From Octopus sinensis (taxonomy: Eukaryota), in contig NC_043009.1 of assembly GCF_006345805.1 (NCBI RefSeq), positions 69,316,001 to 69,380,000 on the forward strand: a stretch of DNA of 64,000 nt, read 5' to 3'. A program made the translations under genes and the position numbers. Below, piece by piece: positions 11,930 through 24,955 of this stretch. The notes beneath the pieces were generated by a model that did not search any database, had not been told where the DNA came from, and was given only the letters and a program-made list of their open reading frames with translations. Within the stretch, counting starts at the first letter, position 1, and each line of letters opens with the position of its first letter.

Positions 11930-14080
11930 TTATCATCATTTAATGTCCTTTTTCCATACTAGCATGGGTTGGATGGTTCGACTGGGGTCTCGGAAGCCAG
12001 ATGCTGCACCAGGCTCCAGTCTGATCTGGCAGTATTCCTATTGCCAACCACTCCGTGAGTGTAGTAGGTGCCTTTTATGTGCCACCAGCACAGGGGCTAG
12101 AGGAGGCTGGCAACAGCCATGATCAGTTGGTGCTTTTTATGTGCCACTGGCACAGGTATCACAACTACAATTTCCATTTGATTTTCATTTTTATGTTGAT
12201 GTACTTGACTCAATAGGTCTCCTCAAGTACAGCAGGTCACCCTATGATCCAAGGTACTTTTGAATGGGCTGGGGCTGGTTATGTGAAACTGGTGTAGGAT
12301 ATAACCATGAACTCACTTTATTTGCCGGGACTTCACAGACACAGCATATCTCCAGAGGTCTCGGTCTTTCATTATTGCCTCTGTGAGGCCCAACGTTCAA
12401 AGGTCATGCTTGACCACCTCACCCCATGTCTTCCTGGGTCTGCCTCTACCCTGGATTCCTTCAACTGTTTGGGAGTGGCACTTCTTCACACATCTTTCCT
12501 CATCCATCTGTAGTACATGACCGTACAAACATCCTCTCTAGCACACCACATCTGATGCTTCTTATGTCTAACATTTCTCTCAGGGCACTTACACTCTGTT
12601 GTGTGTGCACACTGACATTACACATCCAGCGGATCGTGCTAGCTTCATTTCTTTCAAGCCTACGCATGCCCTCTGCAGTCACAGCCCATGTTTCACTACC
12701 GTGAAGCATGGCAGTTTACACACATGCATCGTACAATCTGCCTTTCACTCTGAGCGGGAGACCCTTTGTCACCAGTAGGGGTAGGAGCTTTCTGAACTTT
12801 GCCCAGGCTATTCGTATTCTAGTGGTGACACTCTCTGAGCATCTACCTCCACTAATAACTTGGTCACCTAGGTAGCAGAAACTATCAACTACTTCTAGTT
12901 TCTTCCCCTGGAGTATGATGGAATCTGTTTTCTGAGTATCTGTGGTGTCTATGGTCCCTGTGCATCTGCCGCACATGAAAGCTATCTTCTTGGTTAATCT
13001 TTCTTTCATGTTGCTGCACCTCTTATGTGTCCATAGCTTATACTGGGTACATCTTATGGGGTTTCGACCTACACCTTTTCTACAGATCAAGCAAAGCCAC
13101 CTACCTGAAGGGGTGTGTGATGAGTTTGCCTTCTTACTAGAAATTTGGTCTTTGCTACATTGACTCTAAGGCCTTTTGATTCTAAACCTTGCTTCCACAC
13201 CTGGAATTTCTTTTCTAGTTCCAGTAGTGATTCTGCTGAGGGTCAGGTCATCAGTATAGAGGAGCTCCCCGGGGCAACCTGTCTTCAATTTGTAAGAATT
13301 AGCACTTCCTTCTCTAAGCCTAGATTCGAAATCAAATCCAAGAATCCTTGGTTGTCCAAACCAATGCAATTAAAGGCGCAAAAGCAAGAACCCCTTTGTT
13401 CTGTCAAAAAGTGATTGATCATCTCCCTTTGACCTGCGACCTCAGCCATGTCAGGCTAAGTTCAACTGGACAAGTGCTGACCTAAATAACCACTGTTTCT
13501 GTTGTGATATGTCTGTTTTTCTAGCTGTCACAAATATTATAAATACAAGGGAAAAACAGAGAAGGGACAAACGGGAGACGAGATAGATCTATCTACGCCC
13601 CAAGTTTATGGCAGACGACAGACAGAGAGAAATGCTCACAGTGTCTATCGACTACTGTTTCGAATGAAACATGCACACAAACATATTCATTTTTAATATG
13701 TGCTCTATACAAGCAATTCGTAGCATTTGCTTACATTTGTATGTAGTGTACTTATAACCCTATAAATAAATTCCTTTTAATCATGAAGCAGTTTATGTAT
13801 TTGTTTACGTACACACATATCCACTACAAATTCCTCTGTTATTGGCTGGAGGTCTATGATGAATAAAAGGGGACTGAGGGCTGAACATTGGTGGACCCCT
13901 ACTTCTACCCAGAATTCTTCACTATACTCATTGCCAATCCTAACCTTACTATCGGCCTCTCTGTATAGGGCCTGTACAGCCCTTATTAAACATTTGTTAG
14001 TTTCCACATCGCCCACCAGATAAGAGATCAGGGGATCCTGTCAAAGGCTTTCTCCAAGTCCACAGAAGCTAAGTATCTAT
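11930..14080 (-). mobile_element. 5'-truncated RTE LINE interrupted by a solo LTR
   Basis: ORF pieces 12500-12709 (LHGSETWAVT), 12716-13090, 13166-13369 and 13777-14016; paralogous to 5263-6735. Confidence 0.9.
13291..13828. mobile_element. Solo LTR (538 bp), probably Gypsy-type
   Basis: Starts TGTA and ends TACA; 4-bp TSD AATT (13287-13290, 13829-13832); the empty site is at about 6485 in the paralogous RTE. Confidence 0.85.
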
Positions 14081-14589
14081 GTTTTTATTAAACAAATCAA
14101 TAGAAAATAGTAGCTGTAACATACTAAAATGGTTCCATTGCAGAATATTGCCAAGAGCAACAAATTCATAAAGTCATTTCAACTTTAATGTATATTATGA
14201 AAAATGGATAGGATTTGCATTTTTCAGTAGAGTAAAATTGCAAATATTTGGGAAATGAAGTGTTGGAGTGTGGCATATATTAACCACAGTATATTATCAT
14301 TAATTATTAATTAACCCTAGTCAAATGAAATCAGTAGTTGAACTTGGTAAAAAAAAAACTGGACAAAACACAGGATTTGAAGAGCAAACTTAATTAGTGG
14401 TTTGTTATGTAAAGAAATGGTCTGTATCTTTACCATGTGTTTCCTTAGAAAGCTAAAGTAACCAGCAATCATTCATCAGTTGAATAATTGAAATAAGTTG
14501 AGATTTTAAAGAATATTGTTAATTATTGAAGAAAAAAATTGTTAGCTTCAGACCCTTTCTGTTAGTTTCATCAGGTTAGATTGTTTTTT

Positions 14590-15114
14590 CGATTCCTGTT
14601 GGGGCAAGTGAAATCGGAAACGAAGTTGAACCAATCCTATGACTGGCACCCTGCAGTTGCCAGAGCCGCTGGACTGACTCCTGTGCAGGTGGCAAAAAAG
14701 AAACAGTGTTTCGACCCTGTGCTTGAGGAGACCTATGGAGTCAAGTACACCAACATCAAAAATCAATGGAAACTGTACTTGTGATTCCTGTCCCGGTGAC
14801 ACGTAAAAAGCATCATCCGAACATGGCCGATGCCAGCACCGCCTTGAATGGCTTCTGTGCCGGTGGTACGTAAAAAGCACCAATCCGATCGTGGCCGTTG
14901 ACAGCCACGCCTAGCACCTGTGCCAGTGGCACGTAAAAAGCACCCACTACACTCACGGAGTGGTTGGCATTAGGAAGGGCATCCATCTGTAGAAACACTG
15001 CCAGATCAGACTGGAGCCTGGTGCAGCCTCCTGGCTTCCCAGATTCTCGGTCGAACTGTCCAACCCATGCTAGCATGGAGAACGGACGTTAAACGATGAT
15101 GATGGTGATGATGA
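14590..15114 (+). mobile_element. RTE-tail SINE-like element, duplicate of 6895-7412
   Basis: Same motifs and the same position relative to the ZNF gene. Confidence 0.85.
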
Positions 15115-15659
15115 TAGCATTGTGATAATCAGAAAACCTCTTTTCTTCACCATTTTAAGTTACGCACGTGTATTAAAGTTTTATTGTTTGGAAAATGGTG
15201 AATTAAAGTTGATTGGATTAATTTATTTTTAATTTGTTCTGGCAGAAATTTGTCAGTCCAAGTTGTGCTTTGGGATCTGAGCAAACATTACAAGTCAAGG
15301 CAGGGGTATGTTGTGCAAGGCATTTGGGTATCCTGACTTCTGGAGTTACCAGTGGTATATATTTGTCTTTCTTTAGTGTATATATGTATGTTAAACAAAC
15401 TGTGTTTGTAATTATACTTCATAAATTTGATGTTGGAAATTCTCTTATCCAAATCAGTTTCTCATCTTAAAATTTGGGGTGGGTTGGTGATGGAGGGTGA
15501 AATTCCATTGTTTTTGCTTTAAAAAATTGCTGACTCAGAATCATGATTTTCAAATTTTAAATTTAAGTCATCACAAACATATTAGGTTATGTTTAAAAAC
15601 TCCTTATTTTATTTTTTAATTTTTTTTTGTTAACGTAAGTTTATATTCTTGAATATGTT

Positions 15660-16040
15660 TAACAAATCTTCATCTGCCGTAAGCGTTAGAGTTTATCATT
15701 TTAGAGAAATCAGAAAAGGAGAAATGCGAACAACGCAAGAATAATTTGAAATTGGGTCCAGGCTAGCCCTGGCGGTAATTTGAAATCGATTTTAGATGAC
15801 CGGGTGGTAACTTGAAATGCAGGGAACGTTGAAGGCTTTACACCGGGCTATTATCATCGTCGTCGGAGGCGGAATGATTACGAAACTGCGGTTGACAATA
15901 AACCTCTGTCTCCTTTTATGTTAATTGCATTCGTTTCCCTGATTTTCGCCGATTCCGACCAAAGTCTGCTGCAACGATTGCCAAAGATGTCATAGTGTTA
16001 GCCAAGCGAATTACCATTATGTAAATTAAACGTGAGTATT
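15660..16040 (+). promoter_or_regulatory. Putative promoter and non-coding exon 1 of ZNF-B (donor 16032; acceptor 17228)
   Basis: Near-identical to 7960-8340 at offset +7699; same 1197-bp intron length. Confidence 0.6.
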
Positions 16041-17638
16041 TAAAGGAAATTCAAAACTACATAAATTATTTCCAAGCGGAGAGTTTCGGAATCCCACATC
16101 GACAAGTACCTGCTGCCCATCGAGTACCGTCAGCTATTCTGAAACTCCACCGTCCTCAATATTTCCGCCGTTTCTCCTTTGCAATTTTCACTTTCTGTAG
16201 ATTTCTTTCCCACCCATAGCTACACCTCGGACTCCGCATAGAAATCCCACCCTACTCTACCAAAGTCAATTCCTTCTCGATGGGAACAGGGTCTTCTCTT
16301 CTTTCCTACTTACTAATACATTAATTTTCGCTGTCTCTCGATTGTTTCCATGCTTGAAAGGGAGTAGAGCATCAGAATAAGGGGCTACCCCTTAGCAGCC
16401 GGCCTTAAAGTCTTTTGTTGGGGCTTAGAGAACTATAACGAACAGAAACTGAAGGGAGAGAGAGAGAGGGTCCTGGTGCAATCCCCTCTTCCCGCTGAAT
16501 TCGTAGCCATACTCTTTCTTAAGTCTCACTTTGCTCCCTATACATCGCTTGTGTGGCTCTCACAAGGCATTATTCAGCTATTCCAGATGTCTTCGGTTTT
16601 CACCAGACCACAGCTATGAACCCTATCATAGTTACTTGGGCAACAAATGCTAGGTGTAGGGGCCAAGTCATGGCTAGATACTTCTCGGTTTTGACACTAA
16701 ATAACATTGCTTTATATAAATATCAGTCACTTCTTGAAAAAGGATTTTCAATGTCAACTACCTAAACAACATCAATTCGTTGCAGGCGAAATTTTCCCTT
16801 TTCATTTGCAAAGTTTGTCACTGTCCATTAATGTTTTCATTCGCTATTTGCAAACAACTACGACAAATTACTAAAAGAAATATTTACTACAAATTTAAAT
16901 CTTTGATATAAGATAGTTTTTACCAGTAAGGTAATATTGTTTGTTGGTCAGAGATGTGTTTATGCAAAACTAGAAACAAATGATGTTTTTCGCTTGGTAA
17001 TGACCCTTGCTTCCAACAATCAAGACAAGTAGACATTTCTTTTCTGTGGTATGATATGTATCTCTATTAGATGTTTATTTCTGCTCTGTTATGTATGAAA
17101 TAATGTTGTGATACGCTGGACAAGTTCAGTTGTATTCTAAAATTTATCACCATAAAAATGTGAATTTTTGGTGATTCTCTACAGTTTAATTATTCTTCAT
17201 ATCTTTTACTGTTTCTCTATCATTTCAGGTCCTTGATGAAACTGGTATCGAAATATTATCTTACATCAGAAGCATCATCAATATTTATCAGCTTTTAAAG
17301 ATAAAGGAAGATTCTGTATAAGAAATATGATACTTGTATAAATCTGGGGAAGCATGGCAAAATGTTTCACTCTGGGTGAGATTATTAGCAACATTTTTGA
17401 AGGTCACCGTCTGGAATGAGAACAAAATTCTGCATTCTAAATAAATATATTTATAAATTACTTTACATCATCTTCAGATATTGGTAAAGACTGCAGCTGA
17501 TGGGAATATAACTGAAGGAATACTTGTTAAAAATAATTTATAAAAAGAAAAGCAAGTGAAGTGTTCTTATATTGTGGAGAAATAAGAAAAACTTATGTTA
17601 TGAGTTAAAAGATTGCTTTAAATGTTTGTCCTTCAGAA

Positions 17639-18583
17639 ATGGCCAAAAAATTAGGAAAGTCCTCACCTGAGTGTGATATCTGTGGAAAGTTATTCACTAC
17701 AAAGGATCATCTTACTACTCATATACGTATTCATACAGGAGTGAAACCATATCAATGCGATATCTGTGGTAGATCATTCTCTCGGTCTACAGAATTAACT
17801 ACTCACAAACGTGTTCATACAGGAGAGAAGCCATATAAATGTGATATCTGTGGACAATCATTTACACGTAGAGATGTTTTAACCAGACACAGACGTATTC
17901 ACACAGGAGAGAGACCTTATCAGTGTGATACGTGTAGTAAATCATTCCCCAATAGTACAAACCTGACTGCTCACAAACGTATTCATACTGGAGAAAAACC
18001 ATATCATTGTGATTTTTGTGGTAGATCATTCACTCAAAATAACCAGCTAACTAAACACAAACGCATTCATACAGGAGAAAAGCCCTATCAATGCGATTTG
18101 TGTGATAAATCATTCTCTCGAAATGATAATCTAACAGCTCACAGACACATCCATACAGGAGAGAAACCATATTGGTGTGATATCTGTGGTAAATCATTCC
18201 CTCGAAATAGTGCCTTGATTGATCACAAATGCATTCATACAGGAGAAAAGCGATTTCATTGTGATGTTTGTGGTAAAGCATTCGTTCAAAGTAATCTTTT
18301 AAAGGGACATATACGCATTCATACTGGGGAAAAACCATATCAGTGTGATATTTGTGGTAAATCATTTGCTAAAAGTACTGCTGTAACTCTACACAAACAT
18401 ATTCACACTAAAGAAAAGCCATATCATTGCGATATCTGTGGTAAATCATTCTCTCGCAGAAATTATCTGGCTAAGCACAAGAGTATTCATACAGCTTCAA
18501 GACTACATCACTGTAATATCTGTGATAAATCATTCTCTCAGCATGATGAATTAACCAATCACATATGTATTCCTACATCATGA
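17639..18583 (+). CDS. Tandem C2H2 zinc-finger protein B (314 aa; 10 canonical fingers + 1 degenerate)
   Basis: C2H2 repeats with TGEKP linkers; close paralogue of A with three fewer fingers. Confidence 0.95.
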   Translation: MAKKLGKSSPECDICGKLFTTKDHLTTHIRIHTGVKPYQCDICGRSFSRSTELTTHKRVHTGEKPYKCDICGQSFTRRDVLTRHRRIHTGERPYQCDTCSKSFPNSTNLTAHKRIHTGEKPYHCDFCGRSFTQNNQLTKHKRIHTGEKPYQCDLCDKSFSRNDNLTAHRHIHTGEKPYWCDICGKSFPRNSALIDHKCIHTGEKRFHCDVCGKAFVQSNLLKGHIRIHTGEKPYQCDICGKSFAKSTAVTLHKHIHTKEKPYHCDICGKSFSRRNYLAKHKSIHTASRLHHCNICDKSFSQHDELTNHICIPTS

Positions 18584-18619
18584 GACAAAACACATCATTG
18601 ATACAAACATTGTATCAGC

Positions 18620-19224
18620 ACTCTGATGCTGATGATCTTGAGAGACAAGTTGAGCATAAGAGGCATGAGATGTGGTGTGAAAGAGAGATGACTGTGATGC
18701 GTATGGACGAGGACAACTGCATAAAGAAGTGCCAATCTCTAACTGTGGATGGTAGCTAGGGTAGAGGTAGACTCAGGAATACATGGTATGAGGCAATGAC
18801 TAGTGACCGAGACCTTTGACAATATGCTGTGCTTGAGAGGACTTGTCAAGCAAGGTGAAGTCGTAGTTGTGGATAATGCTGGTTGCGTGTAAAAAGCAGC
18901 TTTTGAGTGTTTGACCTCACGGAGGCAATCACAGAAACCTTTGGCATTGCGCTGTGCTAGAGAATAAAAACCATCAAGCCAAGTAAAGTCACAGTTGTGG
19001 AAGATACCGGTGTCATGCAAATGGCACCCGTGCCAGTGTAACTTAATAGCACCCATTACACTCTCAGAGTGGTTGGCATTAGGAAGAGCCTTCAGCTATA
19101 GAAACCATGCCAAATCAGACTGGAGTCTGGCGCAGACTTCCCGCTTACCAGCTCTGGTCAAACTGTCCAACCCATACCAACATGGACAACAGACATTAAA
19201 TGATATTGATGATGATGATGATAT
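18620..19224 (+). mobile_element. 3' fragment of an RTE LINE just downstream of the ZNF-B stop
   Basis: Matches the RT C-terminal region and 3' UTR motifs, ending in (GAT)n. ZNF-A keeps only the first ~90 bp of it (to 11270). Confidence 0.8.
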
Positions 19225-19551
19225 TACCAACAGTTTGGTTGTTGGTAATATCTTCAGTATTTCTTGTCCATGTTTAATGCTGGAATGGGTTGAATAGTCT
19301 GAGAGAGGATCTGATGGGACGAAGGGCTGCATGGTGCTTCAGTGTCTGCTTTGGCCTGGTTTCTATCTTTGGATGTCCTTCTTAATGCCAGCCACTTCAC
19401 AGCATGTGCTGGGTACCTGTTCTCATGATACCAGTGCTCATGAGGCTGTCATGAAGTTTGTAAGGTTTCAAACCCAGGGAGGTGGGGGGGGAACTTTATG
19501 ATAGGAGCTGAGGGGCATAAGATGGATAAGCATGAGGCGGATAAGAGAGAC

Positions 19552-19735
19552 AGATGGAAAGCTGTGGCTGCTGACTTCAACGGGGAATGAGGCCGCATGC
19601 CATTCCATGACAAGGACCTTGTTGGCTAAGTCCTGATATTTCAATTCCTTTAGCTGGTGGTAAAGTCAATCCTCCCGGGGCAGTGTGAGTCTGACCATGA
19701 TGATTGTTTTTGTATTCCTGGAGTGCAGGAATGAA
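19552..19735 (-). mobile_element. HERO-like LINE fragment, paralogue of 125-305
   Basis: Near-identical to 125-305. Confidence 0.65.
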
Positions 19736-20551
19736 AATTGTATTGGTGGGGGTGGAGTAGAGAAGAGTATTAATGGACGAAGAGTGGGTAACAAGGGAAA
19801 TGGTGCTGGACAGTAAGAAAAGAAAGTGGTCACATGGAAGCAGTGCAGTTTGGGAGATAACTAAGGGTGTACCTTAGGGTGGAAGGAAATTGTGAAACTA
19901 AATAGGAACCTGCAAGAGTCGTTGTATCAATCTTTACATAAAAACAAAATGTGTGGAATTATCTTTGAATTATCATCATCAACATTTCTCTAACATTTTG
20001 TCATTTCATTAGTTTGAAATTTAAAATTCCAGAGTTCTGGCTGCACTAATCCTTGTGAATATTCTTGATTTGAAATCGAAATAAAACTGGTTTACTCTTA
20101 AAATGTTCTCGTTTTTTATCAAATTAATGAAAGTTTTTACTGATTTCAACATCATTTTACAGGCATTTTAAATACATATATGTAAAAAGCACCCACTACA
20201 CTCTCGGAGTGGTTGGCATTAGGAAGAGCTGTTAATAAAACAATTTGGATTTTATTATATAAACATGTTAGGGTGAAATAAATATATGTAAAAAGCCCCT
20301 GTTCTGATACCACAAATAAGTGCCCTGTAAAGTGGTTGGTGTTAGCAATAGAAATCTTGCTAAAACAGGTAATTGGAGCCTGGGCGGCTCTCCAGCCTTG
20401 CCAACACCTGTCAGACTATCCAGCATTAAATGAAGATGAGGAGTTGAACTGGTTTTTTATAAGTTACTATGAAATATCCAGCAAGGAACTCATTTATTTT
20501 TAGCAGTAGAGTTGATGGAGACTGTGTAAAGCCATCTTTAATATTCTTCTT

Positions 20552-20910
20552 TAGGAAGAATATTACAGCATTGAGCCTCATGGAGGCAAAGTTCCTTTCA
20601 AGTGTTGGGCATCACGGAGGTAAAGTGGCTGAGTTCCTTGTGAGTGTGGGTCCTCACAGAGGCAATGGCCAAGACCTTTGGCATTACTGTGTGCTTGAGA
20701 AGAAGACCCACCAAGCTGAGCAAAATCGCTGTCACGGCAGATACCAGTGTCATGCAAATGGCACATAAAAGCACCGATTACACTTTCAGAACGGTTGGCG
20801 TTAGGAAGTGTATCAGTCGGTAGAAAGCCAAGTGAAATCAGACTGGAGTCTGGTACAGGCTTCCAGCTTGCCAGCCCATACCAACATGGATAAAGGATGG
20901 TAAATGATGA
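20552..20910 (+). mobile_element. RTE 3' fragment
   Basis: gtgtgcttgagaagaagacccacc..., ggttggcgttaggaag; flanked by gcattg on both sides; apparent empty site at about 860-870. Confidence 0.7.
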
Positions 20911-21249
20911 AGGCATTGCTGTGAGTGGAATTCTTACTGTGCTGACCATATTTAAATGACCAATCAATAGAAAATAGTAGCTGTAACATACTAAAATGGT
21001 TTCGTTGCAGAATACAATGCCAAAAGCATCAAATTCATTACATAAAGTCATTTCAGTTGTAACAGACATGAGTTGAAATAAGAACAGCAATAAACATGGG
21101 AAGAACAAATATACATAAAGTACCTGAGTTTATTTGGGAAATAAAAAATCACTATCCCGAAGTATAACAATATTTGTTTCGACACATGATTTCACATCAG
21201 GAATTTTGCAAAACAAATTGATAAATGTGCTGCTTGTGAAGAACTGTTG

Positions 21250-21662
21250 AGGCAAGTGAAATCGAAATCAAATCAAATTCAATGACTGGCACCCAAGCCA
21301 GTGAAGTACTAATTGCACCATCCGAGCGTGATCATTGCCAGAGCAGCTGACTGGCTTCCGTGCCAGTGGCATGTAAAAATGCCAATGGCAGATGAAAAAG
21401 CATTCGAGCAAGGTCATTGCCAGTGCCGCCTGACTGGCTCCTGGGCAGGTGGCATGTAAAAAGCACCATTTGAGTGTGGCCGTTGCCAGTACGGCCTGAC
21501 TGGACTTCATACCGGTGGCACATAAAATCACCCACCACACTCAGCTGTAGAAACTCTGCCAGATCAAGATTGGAGCCTGGTGCAGCCATCTGGTTCACCA
21601 GTCCACAGTTAAATCATCCAACCCATGCTAGCATGGAAAGCAGACGTTAAACGATGATGATG
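21250..21662 (+). mobile_element. RTE-tail SINE-like element
   Basis: ctgttgaggcaagtgaaatcgaaatc head, three ggtggca..taaaa units and a (GAT)n tail. Confidence 0.8.
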
Positions 21663-21964
21663 AAAGTTTTAATATATTTTAAGAACAATGGATAGAATTT
21701 ACATTTTCAGTAGTGTAAAATTACAAATATTTGTGAAGAGTGGTATCTATTAACCACAGCATACTACTTTTAATTATTAATTAACCCCAATTAAATGAAA
21801 TCACTAGTTGAACTTGGTAAGAGAGATATGACAAAGAAGTTCTACTGGAAAGAATATTAGCTTTGGATGGTTTTTAAAGTACCAATCCTTGAAGTACCTT
21901 AGAATTTAAGTACTGAAGCGGATATATATATACCCAACTTTTCAATGTGTACATTTGTATTAAT

Positions 21965-22290
21965 TTTTTCATGCACATCCACTTTGCTTTGTGTCTTTCC
22001 AGCCTTCTCAAATTCTCTGCATTTGAGGCCCATGTCTCACTACCATACAGCATTGCAGTTCTAATACAAGCATCATAGAATCAGCCATTCTCCATTAGGG
22101 AAAAGACCTTTGCTGTTAACAGTGTTAATAGCTCTGAACTTTCTCCAGCAGCTATACTTTCAGAACAACTACCTCTTTTGCTAATTACATCTCCAAAGTA
22201 ACAAAAGCTATCAACTACTTTTAATGAGCCATCAAGACATTTAAGGGACTCAATTTTGGGTGTACTCACACATACTGCCCCGGTGCAGCT
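21965..22290 (-). mobile_element. Old RTE RT fragment shared by the downstream regions of several ZNF paralogues
   Basis: ORF 22081-22269 (VDSFCYFGD); homologous pieces at 32540-32900, 40385-40645 and 61250-61720, always antisense to the neighbouring ZNF. Confidence 0.75.
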
Positions 22291-22525
22291 ACATTTTCAG
22301 ATTTTGTAAACTTACATAATAAGCTGTCTGGAAATATCATTTATTATTATTTATTAGTTCCATTGGAATATGCAGTGTTGGAGCACTGGGGCTGGAGTCA
22401 GCATTTGTGTCTAAGACCCCTGCCCTTCTAAAATGCTGTCTTAAGTGAAAAATTGTTATTCATTAGCCCCAGGTGAGCCCTGTTGAGCAGACATAGGATT
22501 AAAGATATTCCAGTATGACCAATTT

Positions 22526-22690
22526 ATGAGGGTGGGCTGAAAAGTTCATATTCTGATTATGAAGTGGTGATGCTAGAGCTGTGAAATCTTGCATATATTA
22601 ATTTCAATGCTTCTTATTGATAGCTGCATTGTTTCCTTCCAGGTAAACTGACATCTGACTGTTCAAAGAAAACTTCAAAAGTAACAAACA
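22526..22690 (+). mobile_element. Possible mariner-like terminal fragment
   Basis: Begins tatgagggtgggctgaaaagtt, resembling mariner terminal repeats; recognised from memory, with no partner TIR found. Confidence 0.4.
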
Positions 22691-22865
22691 CAGTCTCACT
22701 AAATATGTTTGTTATATGTAATCATAAACACATTGCATGTATTATTAACAAACACGTGCCCAGCATGATGGCGTTTTATAGCGAGAAATGCATTAATGAA
22801 TATAGTCCTCCCTTTCAAGATTGAATGAGATAACTTGAGGGAAATTTGACTGCTATTTTTAGGAG

Positions 22866-23800
22866 ACGATGCAAGTAGAAGTGGTACTATTGCTGCTACA
22901 TAAATGTTTAGCCTCCTGCATAGCCATAGCTACCCTAGTAAGCAGACATTGGATCAAAAACCATTTTGTCCTTTCCTCTGGTATTTTATATTACAACCTT
23001 AAACTATGGGGTAAAGAAAAAGACTCCTCTAGCAAGCAATGTGGAACAACTCTTTGCACCCTGAGTCACATTTTGACAGGATGCCCTTGGACACTAAGTG
23101 AAGGTTGATACAAGCGGGGACAGAACAAGGTTCTTGCAAATATTACAAAGTGGACTGCTCTGCAAAGGATGAAGACAAATAGACACCAGCCAGCCCAACC
23201 AAAGGGCATCATATTCCCAAAGGAAAGGGACAAAACAACCAATATGAAAATAATGGGAGGAGATACGTTTTCTATTTTGTGTTCAGCCTCAGAATGGGTG
23301 ATGCAAGTTCACCTGAGGGGCTGACTTGTCTTCCCAGAGGAAATAATGGTAATATCACTCTGACTAGGCATGATCTTGCTCTCCAGGAATACAAAACAAT
23401 CCTCATTGTCAAACTCACAATGCCTCGGAGAGACAGACACGATATTTCCCAGGTAAAGAAATCGAAATATCAGGACTTAACCGACGAGACTCTTGTCAAG
23501 GGTTGGCATGCAGCCTCATTCCCCGCTGAAGTCAGCTGCTGCGACTTTCCGTCTAGGTGGGTGTGCACTTTCTAGCACAAGTTAGGTCTGGAACCCAGAT
23601 AATTGAAGAGAGCCATTAAAGAGATAGGTGAGTCAGCTGAAACTAAGTTAAGTTGGCTATGGTTGATAACAGACCCCAAATGGAACACTGCTACAGATGA
23701 AGACTAGCTCAATCGTCTCCGCCCGCTCGGGTGAAGCGCACGGACGAAATGCTTGTGACCGTGAGATACCTGCTGACGATACGGAAAGGTTTACAGCATT
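22866..23800 (+). mobile_element. 3' part of an RLE-type (HERO/NeSL-like) non-LTR retrotransposon
   Basis: Zinc-knuckle region QCGTTLCTLSHILTGCPWTLSEG, an RLE-like stretch (HDLALQEYKTILIVKLTMP...KSKYQDL...FPAEV) and a C-terminal WLWL motif; frameshifted. Confidence 0.7.
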
Positions 23801-24059
23801 GAAATCGATTTAGAAAAGCTTGCAAAACCTCTGAGTATCTCCTTCAGTTCTTGTGTGCGGGGAGTAAAGCCTCTCAGATGTTTATTTTTACCTGCAGGAG
23901 TACATAAATAAATGTCAAGACTGTACGGTATAATCTGAGGGAAATGAGGCTGCTGTTTCTAGCAGATTGTGCAAGTACGTAGTGGTTCCATTGATAATGT
24001 GAAGTTGTTTAGTACCAGAAAAGCGACGACTGAGCAGACTTGGCTACTACACGCTGCTG

Positions 24060-24270
24060 GTTAATCCATTGTCGTTGTGAACGGAATAACTACGAAACTA
24101 CGTGTAATTAGGAATCACAATTAGTGTCGACATATTTCTTCTTTTCTCTCCTCAGAACCGTTTCCGCCCAGAATCTACCAAAATCATTTCCGGCGGAGAA
24201 CAACATTTTCTCGTCTTGTGAAAAGAATTTAGCAAAGAAAACACAAAGAGAAAAAGAAGAAGTGAGTATT
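24060..24270 (+). promoter_or_regulatory. Putative promoter and non-coding exon 1 of ZNF-C (donor 24262; acceptor 26830)
   Basis: ggaataactacgaaactacg motif; ttccgcccagaatctaccaaaatcatttcc block shared with D, E and the orphan copy; aa|GTGAGTATTT donor; cttatttcag| acceptor. Confidence 0.65.
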
Positions 24271-24751
24271 TATAGTGTTTCAATTTACATAAAACATTTT
24301 AAAAGGCGGAGTTTCGGAATAATTGTCCTTTCCTCACGAGGAAAGGCTGAAGAATTTAATATTCTGCCAAAGTCCGCCAAAATTTGTATCCGAATCGTTA
24401 TTTCCTTTGCATCAAATTGTAATTTTAGAAGAAAAAAATGAGGACATCTGTCACTAAGAAAATACTTTTTCTTCGTGGGGGTTTTATCGGCATTTTTTCA
24501 GTATTTTCAATATTTTATGGAATCCCGCTTTGCTAAACAGTTGTGAATCGCTACAGTCTTTTGGTTTTAGGTCTATAAACTCGTCGGACAAAAACCAAAG
24601 CTGGACAATATGAGGGAGAATACAAAAATAAATCTGGGGTCTCCCGACAAAGCGAAACAAAAATACTTGACTAACAGAAATACATTAATTTAATGTTCTT
24701 TCGACCAAATCTTTACAAATATATTTTTCTAACTTCCTAGAAGTGTTTCCA

Positions 24752-24955
24752 GATTGGCAACGGGCTTGCAGAATCGTCACCACACTTCGTTCTGTTTTAT
24801 TCTGTCTCTTTATGTACTGAGTTCGAATTCCGCTGAGGTCAGTTTTCCCTGTCATCCTCTCGGGTCGATTAAGTATTAGCACAGTACTGGATTCGATGTC
24901 ATTCACTTGCGCCCTCCTCGAAATTTGCTGCCTCGGCACCAAAACTTGAATGAAT
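24752..24955 (+). mobile_element. tRNA-derived SINE (diverged)
   Basis: A-box-like gcagaatcgt; B-box gagttcgaattccg; family body gaggtc...catcctctcgggtcga. Confidence 0.7.

Noticed and set aside
23773-23787. CTGACGA...GAAA in the HERO-like 3' end as a hammerhead
   Set aside because: Only 4 nt for stem II, and no compatible NUH/stem III found.
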